A stretch of 64,000 nucleotides of DNA from Laetmonice hystrix (GCA_965235115.1 OZ249440.1:17112001-17176000); one strand, 5' to 3'; shown: positions 36,901-51,467, counted from the stretch's first letter. A program made the numbers and translations. Notes: a model not told the origin generated them from the sequence alone.

Positions 36901-39900
36901 ATGGGAGGGATATTATCAGGAAGTCGTGTTAGTCATCAGATTCAGAGAATTTAACCAGTCTGGCTTGATTACATTTTAAAAGGATTTTTGCCCAGGGTTG
37001 ATTTAATTTGTTTCAGTCTATCTAGATCAATTTAAGGAGGCGAGGGGAGTAATTATCAAGGGTTCATCACAATAGTGGCTTGTACAACACGAAACCCCAA
37101 GGCACGGATCCAACTCATGACCTACAGTTTATTTCGCCAAGTCCAAGTTTTTTGGTGTATTTTTTCATGTTCCAGGTAGGGGTGTTAGTAGGTAGCTTGT
37201 CCTGACCACAAGTTGGACTTAGCTACGCTATGTAATAAGCTACCAGCCACAGTTTGCTGGGCTACCACTGTGACAAATGGGTGCAATATCCTGGCAACGG
37301 CGGCCGGCCCGCCCACACTGATCGGCCATTACTGGGGGCGTGTAAACTGTACAAATCATTTCTAGTTTCTACTGTGGGGCTGTGGCCGGCCACTGACTAT
37401 ACCCCACGGGTCGGCCAGGTGAGGGCTTGGTCTGACCCAGCTACCAACGGCAACCGGGGCAGATCTGATCTCAGTCGTAATGGTTAAGTTTATGTGCACC
37501 ATGAATCAGGAGTAGATAAAATATTAACTTTGTGTTCAAAGTGAAATGTTTTTGTCTCTCCGATATCTTCTTGCTGTAGTGTCAGAAAAAACGTCTTATT
37601 AACTTGTCAATATTGAATAAGATCATTATTAAAGGGAAACGACTGTTTCGTTTGATGGGCTCAGTTTACGGGTGCATTCACTTCCTCAGGATTGGTTTCA
37701 CACACTGTCGTTCAGAGATAAATGGCATCAGAAATGAATGGGGGTTATGTAAGAGGCTGGGTTTGGGAGATCCTAATGTCTGACATTAGAAGTGTGGCCA
37801 TCGCTCAGGTTGAACCCATTAGGGCCAAGGTCGGAGGGCCAGGGAGGTCAGCCCGAGTTAGAGAGGCTGCAGCTATTGAGGCCAGTGGTCTATGGGATGT
37901 TCACTTGAGGGATGGAGAGATGGGGACGATTTGACATTGAAGGACATCAGTCATCTGACTGAAGGGCGGCAGCTAGGGGGGGGGAGGGCGGATCCCCGTT
38001 TTAATCTGGGCACCCGGCGCTGGCCAGGAAGGGTCCGGCGGCCCCGGTATGCTCAGCGGCCGCCGCCTGTCCCAGTCGGGCGTGGGACCCTCGGCAGGGG
38101 TAGGTTGTGTGGGGTGTTGGGGAGGGGCGGGGGCTGAACTAGGAGATTGGATCCAGAACGTCCTGCAGTAAGAATCAATACACGAGCAGCAATTTTGTGC
38201 GGGAAATAATCTCAGAAAGAAAAGCTCCTTATCTTGTGTCCGCAATGCCCTGAGATGTTTGAGGACTGAGGAGTAGAATTAAAGGAGCTCTTGGCCTTGC
38301 TCGCCGGCCTACACGTTGTGAAATTACGGCTGCGGTAATGCGCGGTTTGATATTCTCATTAGGAAGTGAGTGGTGACTGACTGTCCTCCGTTTGACCCCG
38401 GTGTAAAATGGTATGCTTGTTCCCAGCCCATAACTTGTTGTCACGCTTTCGTATATAGTTTGAGGCGCTTTACAATCTGTAGTTCACATCATTTATAGTG
38501 GGCCTAATTTTATGTAAATTTGATTAGTGTTGAGCGTTTCCTTGAAGGCAGAATTGCCCTGCCCAAGGTATGTAGAAAGTCACAATTTACGGTAAACCAC
38601 GATTTACATAATTTTCAGATATTTTTTGCGCCCAAATCTACTTGCAATTAATAAATGTTTGAAATGAAAAGTTGGGAACACTGATTAAAAAGTTAAAAGT
38701 ACAACTGGAGCTTCCAACTGGTCCCAAGACGAAGCAATTTCAGCCTGATTAAAACGACAGTCCTAGATTTCCTTATGACAAACGTTGTTCCAACTCGCCC
38801 AGTAGAAATCCTACTGTTTTTAGTGTAGATTACTTTCAGAACCTGCAAGGGATATTATGTTGAAGAACCTACATGGTGAAAGACTGGTGAAAGTCGTGAT
38901 CCCAGTTTGTTCATGAATGCCTAGAATGCCCCCCCCCCCATTCCCCAGTGGACCGGCTGGGACGTCCTGGGCTGGGCTGCAAACACCTGGTTCTGGGACC
39001 GGGCGTGTTGGACTGTTGTGTTAGCCCGTGATAGGCCTGTATTAGCCTCAATTTAGGTTTGCTAAAGAGAGAAGGCGGGGGGGGGGGAGATTATCAGGAA
39101 GGGTTACCGTTAGGGTAAGCAGTGGTAGAATAGGCTAATCCCGGTGAGAGAGGTTGCCGACAATTTCCACCAGTCTGAGGATTGACCTAATGATTATAAC
39201 GGATGGATTAATGTATTTCTAACATCAGTGTTCCCACAGATGTCCGGGACCCGCGCTGTGATCTTTGGGTACCCACAGGCCACACATACACGTAACTGGG
39301 TGTTTATTAGTGAATAACGTCCGACATTATTTATTTGTGTGAGACGGATTGTGTTAACCTTGCGTCATCCTGGTAAGTGGGTAAACTCTGTGGGCCTCGG
39401 CTGTGCCAGCATACTCGCTGAGGTTCTGGGACAGCTGGCTGGGTTGTGGTTTGACTGGCTGAGCCCATGACCAATGTGCTAACTTTATGTCATCCTAGGG
39501 GGGAAATCTGGAGAAGACGAGAATAATTTGGGATAGTGTGCATGGCTCAATGGAACTGTTTATCTGCTACATTGTTAGGAGTGTGTTTGTGAACTTTGGA
39601 TGAGATGTGTTCTGGTTGATTGACAGGGTTGTCCAATAAATCGACACCCTTACAATCAGCTGGGAAACGTGGAGCCCTGTAACTGTTTAATCTGGGCAAC
39701 CGGGCAGTCATGTCAAATGGTGATCTCCAGTACAGCACCGAGTTTGATTGCCGAATAATGCACTGTTTGCACCAGGACGGCCCGTGTTGTGTTGTGGTGT
39801 ATGTAGGCGGAGGCGGAGACAGAAAGCAGGGTAATGAGGACTTGGTGAAGGATACATTGAGTACTCGCATGACAGACAACGATTAGCTGTGGATGTTGAG

Positions 39901-40570
39901 ACGGCTCGATGTTCAGGACCCCAGGCCAAGAATTATCAGGTCTCAGGTTGCCGGTGGGGTTTAAACTAATAATAAAAAGTAGTTAAAAACGGGGTGTGGG
40001 GGTGGAGGTTCAGTGCTGGTAACAAATTGTATTTTTTTCGTAGTGATTCCAAAGTGAGCCAAATTAAACCCAATCTTGATGACTTCTTTTTGATTGGTTC
40101 ACGCACAGGAGTTTGCGACACCGCACACTTGCTCACACACAGGCTGCTCCATTCCTAACGCTAAGGTTGAATTAAAATTAACACCAGCCGGGGTTCTCTT
40201 CCAGAAATGAGAGCCACAAAATACCGTAAGATTTGCATAGCTTCCATGTTTATCCTGCAGGGTACCCACTGAGAACCCTCTGGAACCGGCCTGGAGCAGG
40301 GCCTTGCCATGACAGACAGTGGAGAGAGTGAGGGTCTGCCAGCCAAAGTGTGCACACTATAGCTGGCTGGGGCAGGGAGAGGAGGGCCTACACTGTTCTC
40401 TGGCTGCATATAGAATACCTTATGAATGGCTAATACTGTAATAGTAGTAGTACAGCTTGGCGGGATGCTGTGCCGGGGGATGAGGGTCATTGTGGAGCCA
40501 GGTTCTCCTAAACGATCGACTCAGACGTCGTAATATAACTCCAGTCACAGCCATCGGCAAAGTAACATAC

Positions 40571-40670
40571 TTTAGTCCCAGTCACTGTAGTCCCACTTTA
40601 GTCCCAGTCACTGTAGTCCCACTTTAGTCCCACTCACTGTAGTCCCACTTTAGTCCCACTCACTGTAGTC
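40571..40670. repeat. 26-bp tandem repeat, about 4 units
   Basis: Unit TTTAGTCCCA(G/C)TCACTGTAGTCCCAC. Confidence 0.9.
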
Positions 40671-43240
40671 ACAGCAATCGTAGCTGTATCCAAAGTAGCT
40701 TACTAAGTCCAACGAGTATAGAATCTATACTCGTTGCTTAGTCTTACCATCATGATAACTATACCCAGTGATCGGAACTGAAGGTCCAGCCATCATATGT
40801 ACAGTCTCGGCCATCCTAACGGTAAGAATGACTACATTCTAGTCTCAGATGTCATCTAAATACACTATAGCGCCATCGTAACAAAAAAAGGCAACAACAG
40901 AAGGGCCGGGCCCAGCTGTAGATTCCCATGTTACTGGCCATTGTTACTGTAATCCCAGCAGCCCCCCCCCCCCCACCCCCACCAACATACCGTTGTCTCA
41001 GTTAATCGTTTAGCAGTCACTGAATACTCCCTCTGTATACTATACCGCGTGCTGGATGCCAACAGTAGCGCCACTGCTTTAGCAGAGATTGCTCGGCGGA
41101 CGATGCGATTATTGATTTAGCCGTGATAAGCTGAGTGACGGCAGAGCTAGTAAATGCTATTCACTTAGGAGCCATATCGAATTGTCGCATCAGATATAAT
41201 TTCCATAATGTGCGCACTGATTTCCCTTTGTTAGGGCACCGACCTGGTTGCGGGGGAGAAGTTCAAGTTAATATAACAAAGTTAGAGGCGGAAGCTATCA
41301 GTCAAGTTTGTGGAAGTGGCCAAGTTGCTGAAGTGACAGACAGGTGGCTGGTGGCATGGGGTTAGTGGCTGCACCGCCGAGGTTTAATAAGCCTTGGAAT
41401 GCTGGGTCCTCGATCTGGAGAGGAGAGGTCCACCGGGCTTGGAGGACATTTGAGTTAATCTTATCTGTTAGTGGCAGTGGTAATGAGGTCAGTGATATTG
41501 AGGTAGGTAACTAAATCTGTCTGGACCACTGAGGACATCTGCTGTCGTTCCCATAAACTGAGCTCTTTATTAGATCCGTCCACAGTCCCATTGTAAGGTA
41601 GTTGTTGTACAGGTATGTCTCGGTATATGTCAGTTAAATCGGGGGATGGCATCGTTCATGCAACGACCTGAGATCAGTCTTGATAGATTTATGGTGTACG
41701 TGAATACATTGAACACTGCAGATTCGTGTTATCTAGTTGTGTGTACGGAATAATGCATTGAACTTTATCGTGTACAATCAGTTCAGTTTGTCGGTCAGAT
41801 TGGACAACTTGATATCTGAAGGGTAATTTAGAATCACGGAAATACTAATGGAGAAGTACTGCGATGGCAAAGAATTTTGAAATAATCTGTCCGTCTATTG
41901 TCTGCTATTGTGGATCCACCTCTAAGGTCAGTCAGTATGTCCGTATTTCTGTTTTGACTATATAGGAATGTGGTTTAAGGGGACAATTGTTGAAAGGTAC
42001 GTTCAATCTTTATGGGATCATGCGGGTTCCATCAGACCTCCATGGCCAGTACAAACACAAACCGGGGATATTGTTAGGTGCAGGAACCTGGTGATCGCCT
42101 TCTAATCAACATCTCAGCTTACTGGCACTCAGCCTATTGCTATACCAACAGCTCTGGCCTAGGACCACCTGTAGATATTGAACTCACACATTTAATGTTG
42201 TCCCTGACCTACATCTGAACGTAAGGTGTGAAGGTGGTAGACCCTGGGGGGTGGGGGTGACACAAAACAAACACAGTCAGTTTACCTTGGATAGACCGCC
42301 CCCTTGTTATAACCTGACCACCTGGGCCACCCGTCACAGCCGGCAAATACAGGTACTGTGGTACGAGCCACAGGTAGGCCAAGTACTACCACCTACCCAA
42401 ACCTATCGCTAGTCTTCCAGAACACACTTGTTGTTTGTTAGCAGTGATATTTACTACTCCAGGGGACTCACTCACTCAGCCTCAGGACGGAATATAACGG
42501 CCTTCTCTTCTCGGAGGTCCCCACCCCCACCGACGGTCTCCCCTTCCCGGCACGTTCTGTAGGTAACAATGCGGCACGCCCAGTCCACACTTACCATACC
42601 TGAGCTCAGCTCCAGTTACCACGGCGGGTGTGGAGAAATGTCCGGAAATGCGGCTGGCGACCTCTTAATCTTAGAACATCAATTTTAAAGAAAGAGGGTG
42701 AACGGATATCAATTATGTGGATTTTCTTGCCCGGCATAGCATTTAGCAGAACATAATTATTGAGGATAATACCTGACACAATTATAGAGAAGTTGATGTT
42801 TGAGATATGTCACTGCCAGCCGTTAGTGGTTTCCCCACTGATTATAGTACTGCCCTACTGGTAGTAGGATCAGGACAGGTGTAAGAGGTAGTACGAACCT
42901 AACAACTGAAGAACACGCACCTTGTTTTTGAGGGGGAACTGGCCATTGTAATTTTGGATTGAACTATATCAGAGTTGTCTCCCTGCATCGTGTACCTTGG
43001 TCGGTGTGTAGCCTTAATTGTTACTATAGTATCCTGAGTTGAGAGTCAGTCCAGAACGTTGCGTAACCTTGGATGAACATCTATATATTACCGGGGTACA
43101 TATTGATCTCAAAGACACTCGCCTGGCTTGATGCACATTGTACAGACCTGAGCCGTTGGATTTGTGTACACGTGTTTCCGCACGCATTGTTGTCTGTAAC
43201 CCCTCTGGGTCTGCACACATGGCGGCAGAGTATCGAACGC

Positions 43241-43271
43241 TATTCTCTCCTTTGATCTGTTACAGGTAAGT
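43241..43271 (+). other. Candidate recursive splice site RS1 in KDM3 intron 1
   Basis: tattctctcctttgatctgttaCAG|GTAAGT: polypyrimidine tract and acceptor immediately followed by a consensus donor (junction 43265/43266). Confidence 0.5.
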
Positions 43272-46133
43272 TTCTGGTGTACGATTTACGGATCAGGCAG
43301 TAGGTAGCAGCGGTGTGACCTTGTCAGTGTTGCGGGGCTAAGGAAAATAAACTTGTCTTCTTTGAGCAGTCAGGAAAATGCCAGGTTCACAGCTCGATTT
43401 GTCATGATACTTGGCTTAACTTTTTATTGGCCGGCTGCCTGGGATAGGCAGTTCATGTACTAGTATAAGGGATTTAGTTGACAGATAGTACAAGGGCTGA
43501 CATTTAACATAAAATGCGCAGAGCTCAAATGTGCATAACATAACTATCGTATTAAATAATGCCCACATCTTGACACTGTCGTCTCGTAAAATATGTAGCC
43601 GTCTCAGAGTCTCGGATAAATTTGGTGAAAGTGCCAATTTTTTTTATAAGCTGTAAATCTGCGTGATATAAACATAATATGGTTGTTTAGGCACCTGGCC
43701 AACATCAATCATTAAATGTGTACGAGTGCAGCCAGTCCACTTCAGGTGTCACAGTAAATGTAGGCCACGCTCATACCTGTGAAAGTTCTTGCTGGCATGC
43801 CTAACCCGAGCCGCTGATCGAGTCACTGCTTTGGGTTCAGAGCCGCTTTGCATGGCAATCTGAAAAAGTTCAGTTCTGTGTTAGGTTATAGGCATTGTTA
43901 TTGCTATGACGGCATGTAAATATTTCCCACGGTGGGCGTTTTATTTGGACCTTTTCTTTGAGGAGGGCTTATTTGGCTTTGAAAGTCTAGATAAGGAAAT
44001 TTTGCTCCAAATTAGACTCTTTCACTTACCCATTGCTATCTCAGTTTTCAGGTTTAGACTCCAGGAATCAGAGAATTATTGCACTTGAACTTTGCATTCC
44101 TGTGGCAGGGCTGGGAAGGTTTCAAGCTGTCTCAGCATGGCAAGGGTGTAGCCTGCTGTAACAAGGGGACACATAAAAATGAACTATTGAACGGACAGCC
44201 TGCTGTGCAGGGGAAATTTATAACTGGATGTGGGTTGACAGGTGCAGTAAATATTGTCATATTACGGGTGGGCCAGGTCATGTTGATCTTCCATGCTGTT
44301 TCGTCAGCAGGTGTTCTTCCCGATTTTTGTAAACTTGGGCGGCCAGAAAAAGTCTCAAGTGTTTAATAATTTGGGTTTAATTTGTGTAAAGGCGTTGAAT
44401 CTCAAATCAGGACATAGAGGAAGCTTTTCCACAAGCCACACCGGGTGGAGATGATTACCTGTATATATTGGCAGTGGGGTGGGGTAGGGTCAGGGTTGTA
44501 AATTAGCCTGGTTTACTAGCAGTCATATCATAGGATCAGCGGGTGCATTTTCTAATGGCTGAGTGATCACAGGGGATGCAGCATGCGATCTACGCCTGCG
44601 CTGATGAACCCCAGGCCTCCGTATGTTGGAACTTGGTGTGGAGGGAGGCTGGGGACCCGGGGGGGGGGGGGGGGGTTGAACGTTTTTATGCGTGCTGCGT
44701 TTTAAACATGTCGGAGGCAATGCTCGGCCTGATTTACGGCATTCACACGGCAGCATCATGTCATGTTGTAGCTGGACGTTGATGTTAATCAAGGTGGGAC
44801 CTGCCAAACCGGGCCGCCAGGGGGAGGACGGAGCTAGCGTTATAATATATATGGTCCTCACACCGACTCTTGGTGAAATGGTCTAAAGATGCTTTACCCA
44901 AGGCTACTGTACCTGGGTTCTTTTAATTTAAAAGCTTATATGTGACTGCCAGTCAGAAGCGTTAAGAATAAGAGCGGATTTTTAACAAACCGGCGGGGCA
45001 CCTAGCATGACTTGACAACCGGACTTGGTGCTTGGGCAGGTGAAGTGGAGGACTATTGAGGCCATCCTCTGCCAGGTCCCTCAACCCATTCCAATTTTAT
45101 TCTTGTCTCACTTGGTTGCCATGGTGATGCCCACTACCAACATCCATTTGTTGTGAGGGGATGGGCGTGTTGGACCTGTAAATGGCCCTGCTTGCTTGGA
45201 GTGTGGGAGTAGGATGGGCTGAGGGAGGGGATGTTGGCATCACCATAGCCTCAACTTGCAGGTCGATGATCATTGATGGCGATCTTGTCAGTGGGTAATC
45301 TGATGGTCAGACGGGGTCAGGGGCAGCCCACGGTCAAGGTGATCTACAGGCCACATGAGTTATTAATGTTTCCAGAGCGGTGACCGGTGAGCGGTGACCG
45401 GATTTCGAGAAGGAGTGTTTTAAAGGTGCTATTCGTGAACAAAAATTCCATTTTTTTATTTTTAATTTTGTTGACGTTTATGTGATCCCGCCTATCATGG
45501 AAATAGATTCACAACAAAGGAAATCAAAATTTTTCATGGATAACGGCACAAATGGGGCTCTCTCAGAAGGCCTGTGGAGACCCTGACACGCCCCACCATA
45601 GGAAATGGCTCTATCTCGGTGCGCACCGAGATAGGTTTCAAATGCTGCACACAAACTAATAGAAGGTTTATCAGGCCAATGGTATCGGTAGGAATTTTTT
45701 CTAGTACTATGTGCACAATGTATGATAGGAGAAATGCCATTCTGTGCGAGACGAATAGCACCTTTAAGTTGTCTAACAGGTTTCTATGTTGTGGCGCTGT
45801 AGAGAAGACCAAAACATGAGTAAAAAATGTGTATACTATGGCATTTTATTAATCGTATGTACATGTACGTCGAGTGGTCAATCAATATTGTACCTCATTC
45901 AGACATGGTGAATTTGTTCTGGAGTGCCAGTGAACATGGGAAAGGCATTGCGGGAATTTTGAGAGGCTAGTTATGGCGCTGCTTAGTGACGTACTCGAGT
46001 CAGGCTACGGTTTAGGTGGTGGTTGTGGTGTAATGGTGGCCAGGCAGTCCCCGCCCAGCTAAGGAAGTTTTTATGGTTATGAAGGCAGGGGAGGAGAGGA
46101 AGGATTTGTTGGTGGACTAAGCTCTCTCGCATG

Positions 46134-46388
46134 GCGTGTTTGAGCATCCCACCTCATGTTGTGACCAGCGCTGTGTTTGAGCATCCCACCTCATGTTGTG
46201 ACCAGTGCCGTGTGTTTGAGCAGCCCACCTCAAGTTGTGACTGCTCAGCGTCGTGTGTTTGAGCATCCCACCTCATGTTTTGACCAGCGCCGTGTGTTTG
46301 AGCAGCCCACCTCAAATTGTGACTGTTCAGCGTCGTGTGTTTGAGCAGCCCACCTCATGTTGTGACCAGCGCCGTGTGTTTGAGCAAC
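46134..46388. repeat. Degenerate tandem repeat, unit 37-42 bp, about 6-7 units
   Basis: Recurring GTGTTTGAGCA(T/G)CCCACCTCATGTTGTGACCAGCGCCGT. Confidence 0.88.
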
Positions 46389-47259
46389 CCGTCCGAGATA
46401 TATCACCTTTATCTAGCCAGCAGGTCATCGGAATTGAATAAATCTGGCGGTAGGAGACCCCAGGCAGGGCGGGGGGGGGGGGGGGGGCGTGGGTTCCAGG
46501 GGGATGGGGGTGAGATCCCCTTGCTTCACTGAAGGGGACTTGAGCTGGAATAAATGCTCCACCCGGCTCATCTTCCAACCTCGCCATCCCTGGACGTGGA
46601 GGGGAGTGTGTGTGTGTGTGTGGGGGGGGGGGTAGTTTTATGAGTCTGGAGGGGGCAGCTCCAGCTCCCCCTTCCCCAATCCTAGAGCTAGCTTGGTCCT
46701 AGTACACCCCACCCACAACCTACCTCCAAAGATATTGTTACATCCCCCCACCCTGTGGGAGTTTGGCTCATGGACATCGGAACTCTACAACTCCCCGTGT
46801 GTCGTTTTGGACAGGTTTATGGCGGCCGGGAAGCGTAGATATATCAGACTTACAATAAAATAAGCTTTGAGGGGATATTTTCCTTACCGAATGGCTCAGG
46901 AGCAAATTACTTTCCTCCATGTGGTGAGCTCTCTTACAAAATATTTCCGACCACTGGGACTCCAAGGATTAATGTTAAGTTCAACCTAATAACGCAGTTT
47001 TTCGGTGTTAAGGTAGTTAATCTAAGGCTTTCTTCTAGAGTTTTAAGTTATTTATAGTTCACTTGTCCTGTGAGTGTCCATCGCACATTATGTGATAGGT
47101 GTTGTACAGAAAGAGCAGGTTTGATTTAAAGACACAAATTTCCAAGTATGTATTTCACACCGAGATATGATGCATATGGCCATGTTGCAATGCTTACGTA
47201 CGACTACTGTCCTGAGTGTAGCTGTAGGTGTAGAGAAAGTAACTGAATGATACCAGATG

Positions 47260-47870
47260 TAATATGAATAGAACATGTACCTCAAGTGTTTACACCTGTC
47301 CTTGCAGTGATCCTACACATAGAGTTCTTTATCATAGAATGTCGCAGACACATACTCCTTCGTGTGGGAGACGTGATCTAAGTCAGATTTTTCATTCAAG
47401 TCCACATGATCGTCAAGATGTTAGTGAGAACTGTTCACACGTGTGCCCCGCTGGCAGACATACCGTTACACAAGTCCCGTCACGCCTTCTTTACTGGAAG
47501 CTTACAAAAACTGCACGGACCCCTGGAGACGGTTAGCAAATTGCGTGGTACATGTACACAAGTTTCACTGCCAACACAAGAGTTCCCCTGTTGTCCCTCA
47601 GCTAAGCCGCCGCCCCTCCCTCCCAAAGAGTCACCAGAGAGTGTTATGGAGGACGGGTTGGATTCCAAGTCCTTTTGACACCTCGATCTCGGTGCACATG
47701 GGGGTCAGTGGACGAGGTTGGAGCCCGGCCATTGAGGAGGCAGCCTTTAGTGTTACTCGAGTGTCTAGACTGTGGTGCTGCTACCTCCTGCCACCGGAGG
47801 ATAATGGCATTCAGGAAGTGATCAACAGGAGTTTTGTTGACTCTAGAAAAGGCACACAGCCTTTATGACA
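47260..47870 (+). mobile_element. Possible decayed L1/Tx1-like ORF1 relic
   Basis: IFHSSPHDRQDVSENCSHVCPAGRHTVTQVP resembles eroded tandem CCHC knuckles. Confidence 0.2.
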
Positions 47871-48687
47871 GCCGGGCGTCCCGAGCAAACCACTTCACAT
47901 AGAATTTGCCAAATGATAGTGTTGCAGATTAATATTTTCTTTCACGTTGGATTCACAAGAAATCTCTTGTTCCAGCCATGATTGAAAACCTAGGAAACAT
48001 ACACAGCAGACAAACTGCAGATGAATTGAGTGCGGAAGTGTCTAGCCAGACCTTCCGGTAGATTTGGAGATTATATTTATACAGGATTTTTGTGTAAATT
48101 CCAGCCATAAATAAGACATTGTCCATGTTTCTTCAATAAATTCATACTGGATGATTTATACATAAGGCGTTGCCTAGTTGCTTTATTTACATGTTTTCCA
48201 GAGGTTTAGAAGCTCGAAGCCTCGAAAATAGAGATCCTCTCACAGCCATTGGTTAAGGTGCTTATTTATAAAAATGTTTGTATCTTTAAATAAAAAAGTA
48301 TGAACGTGATTGAAATGTGCTCGTTCTAGCCACCCTATACAGAGTGCCAGTTTGCGGTGGGTGTTCACTGAGTGCAGTGTCATCTGAGACATAGCTCACT
48401 GAGGCTGAGGATTGAGGGGTGGGTGGCGGTTGGGGGGGGGGGGGGGCAGGATCAGTCGTGTGATGTAGGGGGACTGAAAGGCGACATTAGACGGGCCCTT
48501 GATGGGTGACCCCTTTCAAGTTTCTGTCGGATTCAAGGAACTAGGCTGCACACTTTGTCTTCATCTATTTGGGAAGCACTGAGTCCTGGCAGCATGACAA
48601 CCAGCTCTCTACAACTGAGTAATGTGTCGGCGTCACCACGCCTGTTCACCGGCCTGATGTCATGTTGGGGAACAAGTTGCCAGGGGA

Positions 48688-48925
48688 GTGAACAGACTGG
48701 TCTGTCAGGAGAGTGAACAGGCTATCATGATGGTGAACAGTCTGTCAGGGGAGTGAACAGGCTGCCATAGCAGTGGACAGGCTGTCATGGTAAACAGGCT
48801 GCAAAGGGAGTGAACAGGCTGTCGTGGTGGTGAACAGGCTGTCGTGGTGGTGAACAGGCTGTCGTGGTGGTGAACAGGCTGTTGTGGTGGTGAGCAGGAT
48901 GTCAGGGGAGTGAACAGGCTGTCAT
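48688..48925. repeat. 20-bp degenerate tandem repeat
   Basis: Recurring GTGAACAGGCTGTCGTGGTG. Confidence 0.85.
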
Positions 48926-49677
48926 GGTGGGACTGAGATCCGCATACTCTACCCTCTGTCCAGTCTCGATCATCCAGACCCTCAGCGGCTCGTACAGCAA
49001 GAGAGTCGGGTGTGAAACTGCCCTCTGTAGAACTATACAACAAATTTAAATACCTCCACATAGCACAAACAAGTGCCTTACTTTTGTCTATACTGTATTA
49101 CACTATAATATAAGAGATTAGATAAGAGAAGATGTACTCTGACAGAGATTAGAAGTGGAAGTGGCTGCAAACGGCAACAGTGGTCTGATGGAACCTGACT
49201 ATCACTAGTATCAGGCTACAAATCGAGATCTCGTGACGGGACCCATTCATTATACGGCGAGCCCTACTCTGACCTCAGCCCGTATTAATAGGACCGGGCG
49301 GCCGTATAGTGCGGCTAATGCACTTATTGCCTGCTAGTTCTGGCCACCAGAAAATGATAGGGTGTTGTAATGTACCAGCAGTAAATAAAAGAGCGGATTT
49401 TTGTTAATGCTGACAAAGCAACTAAGGTGATTATCGGTTGTAACAGTTGTATTGTGACTGGCAGGAGTTCAATAGTTCTGCCTTTAGTGAGACGGGTTGG
49501 TGGGTGGAGATTGGGTACAATTACGGGCGTATATAGTGGGCCTCATTCCTGCTATATTAAATTCAAAGAGGCAAACACTTTACGATATTTTAGTCAGTGG
49601 TCGCCTTTAGGCTGCTTGATTTACAAACTGTTCACACGGTCAGATCTGATGATTTACAGACTGGAGGTGCCGCTTTA

Positions 49678-49975
49678 TGCCTGCCTCATACTACACGATT
49701 TTCTAATGATACAAGTATATGTGAGACAGAACAAGTTTTCAACATGTTGAAAGTTTTCTGTCATATGACAACCTGTCTTGTGTCGTAGACCAAAAATCGT
49801 GCTGTGAAAAATCCAAGAGAATCCGTGTATATCGGAGGAAATCGTGTGATACAAAGTTATCGTAGGAAATTGCAGGAAATCGTGGAGTGTGAGGACGCCT
49901 GTCATACAATTATACACAACAAAAATTTTGGCCTGATACATTCACAGTTCAAAATCATGTAGTGTGAGGCAGGCT
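49678..49975. mobile_element. PIF/Harbinger-type (Tourist-like) MITE
   Basis: TIRs (T)GCCTGCCTCATACTACACGATTTT and AAAATCATGTAGTGTGAGGCAGGCT; TTA TSD at 49675-49677 and 49976-49978; an internal degenerate TIR copy near 49880-49900. Confidence 0.82.
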
Positions 49976-51467
49976 TTAGAGTAAGAGGGACAAAGGCTGG
50001 ATTCATACTTCTTATTCCAGAAAATACGTATGTCAAAAGGATTACGTAAACTTCTATATTTGTTGATTTCGCTAGCAATCGATGGCTTTCATATTTTGGG
50101 ACGGACACTGCAGCGACTATAAGAAGCATCTTGCAATATTCAGATCTTTTCATGACAGCATTGTACCAGCGAATTCGAAAATCAAAAAACGTGTGTAACA
50201 TTAAAGGATGAAAACCCATTGTCACATGAATGAACCGAATTCATTTTGGTTTAAAATCAATTCAAGCAATGAAAAAAAACCCCAACAAATTCTGAAGTTC
50301 TGGCATTGCATTCTTGCCTTATCAGAGTTCCACACTTTTTAGCCCAAATCTAGGCGTCCTAGTTGTATTTCATCACTTGGTATTAACCGAAATGAATCCC
50401 CAAGTGAACGATGGAGATGATTGGTTACACCCCGATATAACGGTCAGATGGCGGTATGTGACAATATGAGAGCGGGTCAGGTGAGATTAACCCTGTGGTG
50501 GTCGTGGAGATCATGTGGATAAAACAATGGGTTGTGAACAGAGAAAGGTGGTGTGAGAACTCAATGAGAGCTGGTGATCTGGTCACGTCTCCTATAGTTC
50601 ACCGGGATGTGGGCACGGTAGGCCGTGGGATGAGGAAGGGGTCGGTCATCATGTTTACTGTACGTGTCGTCGTCTGTCTGTCCCTCCCGAGGGTGCTCCG
50701 AGCACTCCCAGCCCGACCAACCGACCGGCCCCCGAGTCGGACAGCCCGCAGTCGGTTGGTCACCGCTGGCCCTCCGACCTGGGCAATCTTGGTAGTGCGG
50801 GAGTTTTTCAATCAGAAAACTCTTCTTGGAATACAAATGACAAGGTCACATGGCCAGGACATCTCTAAAGACAAGTGGTGTACTTGAACTAAGTTGAAGG
50901 ACCCAAACCATTCTTTACCAGGCTACAATTTGTATTTCATAATTTGTTGCAACTACCGGTACAAAATTATGTCAAACAGTGACGATCGACTGTTTGTCTA
51001 TGTTTCCAGAGAACATGTCTTGCATTTGAAGTTCAGGTTGAAAGCTGTCAGATGTAACCGTTAACTGCACCTGTAATTGGTTCAATACTTTCTTTGCCTT
51101 ACATTATAAATCATTTATGTCATTAACCATACGTTTATGTATTATTCCACGTTTAAGTTAAAAATGTATTTATATGAAAGTTTTTTTAGGTAGATTTCCA
51201 TAGTTCCAGGAGGAATATTGAGTAATTACGACAATATGTAATGTTCACTGTGGACGGAAAATTCGACTCTTTCCCTTTTTTTTTTGCCGTTACCAGGGAA
51301 ATCATGTAGGAAGTTTGCTGATTCACAGGAACAATTAAACAAGTTAGCATGGACATATTTGATGTGTTCTTGAATCTGTTAAGTTCCTAGAAACCTGTCA
51401 ACATGTTACTTCCTTTCCTGTGATGAAGGCTGTGTAAACTTTGAAATGGCTGTTTTAATGTAATGAG

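Noticed and set aside
41290-41652. Frameshifted minus-strand reading of about 120 codons (MPSPDLTDIYRDIP...LQARWTSPLQIEDP) as a viral or Polinton gene relic
   Set aside because: I could not recognise any family motif; a profile search (HHpred) would be needed.
45115-45128. X-box-like GTTGCCATGGTGAT in the KDM3 intron
   Set aside because: Only one good half-site, and no associated exon or promoter evidence.
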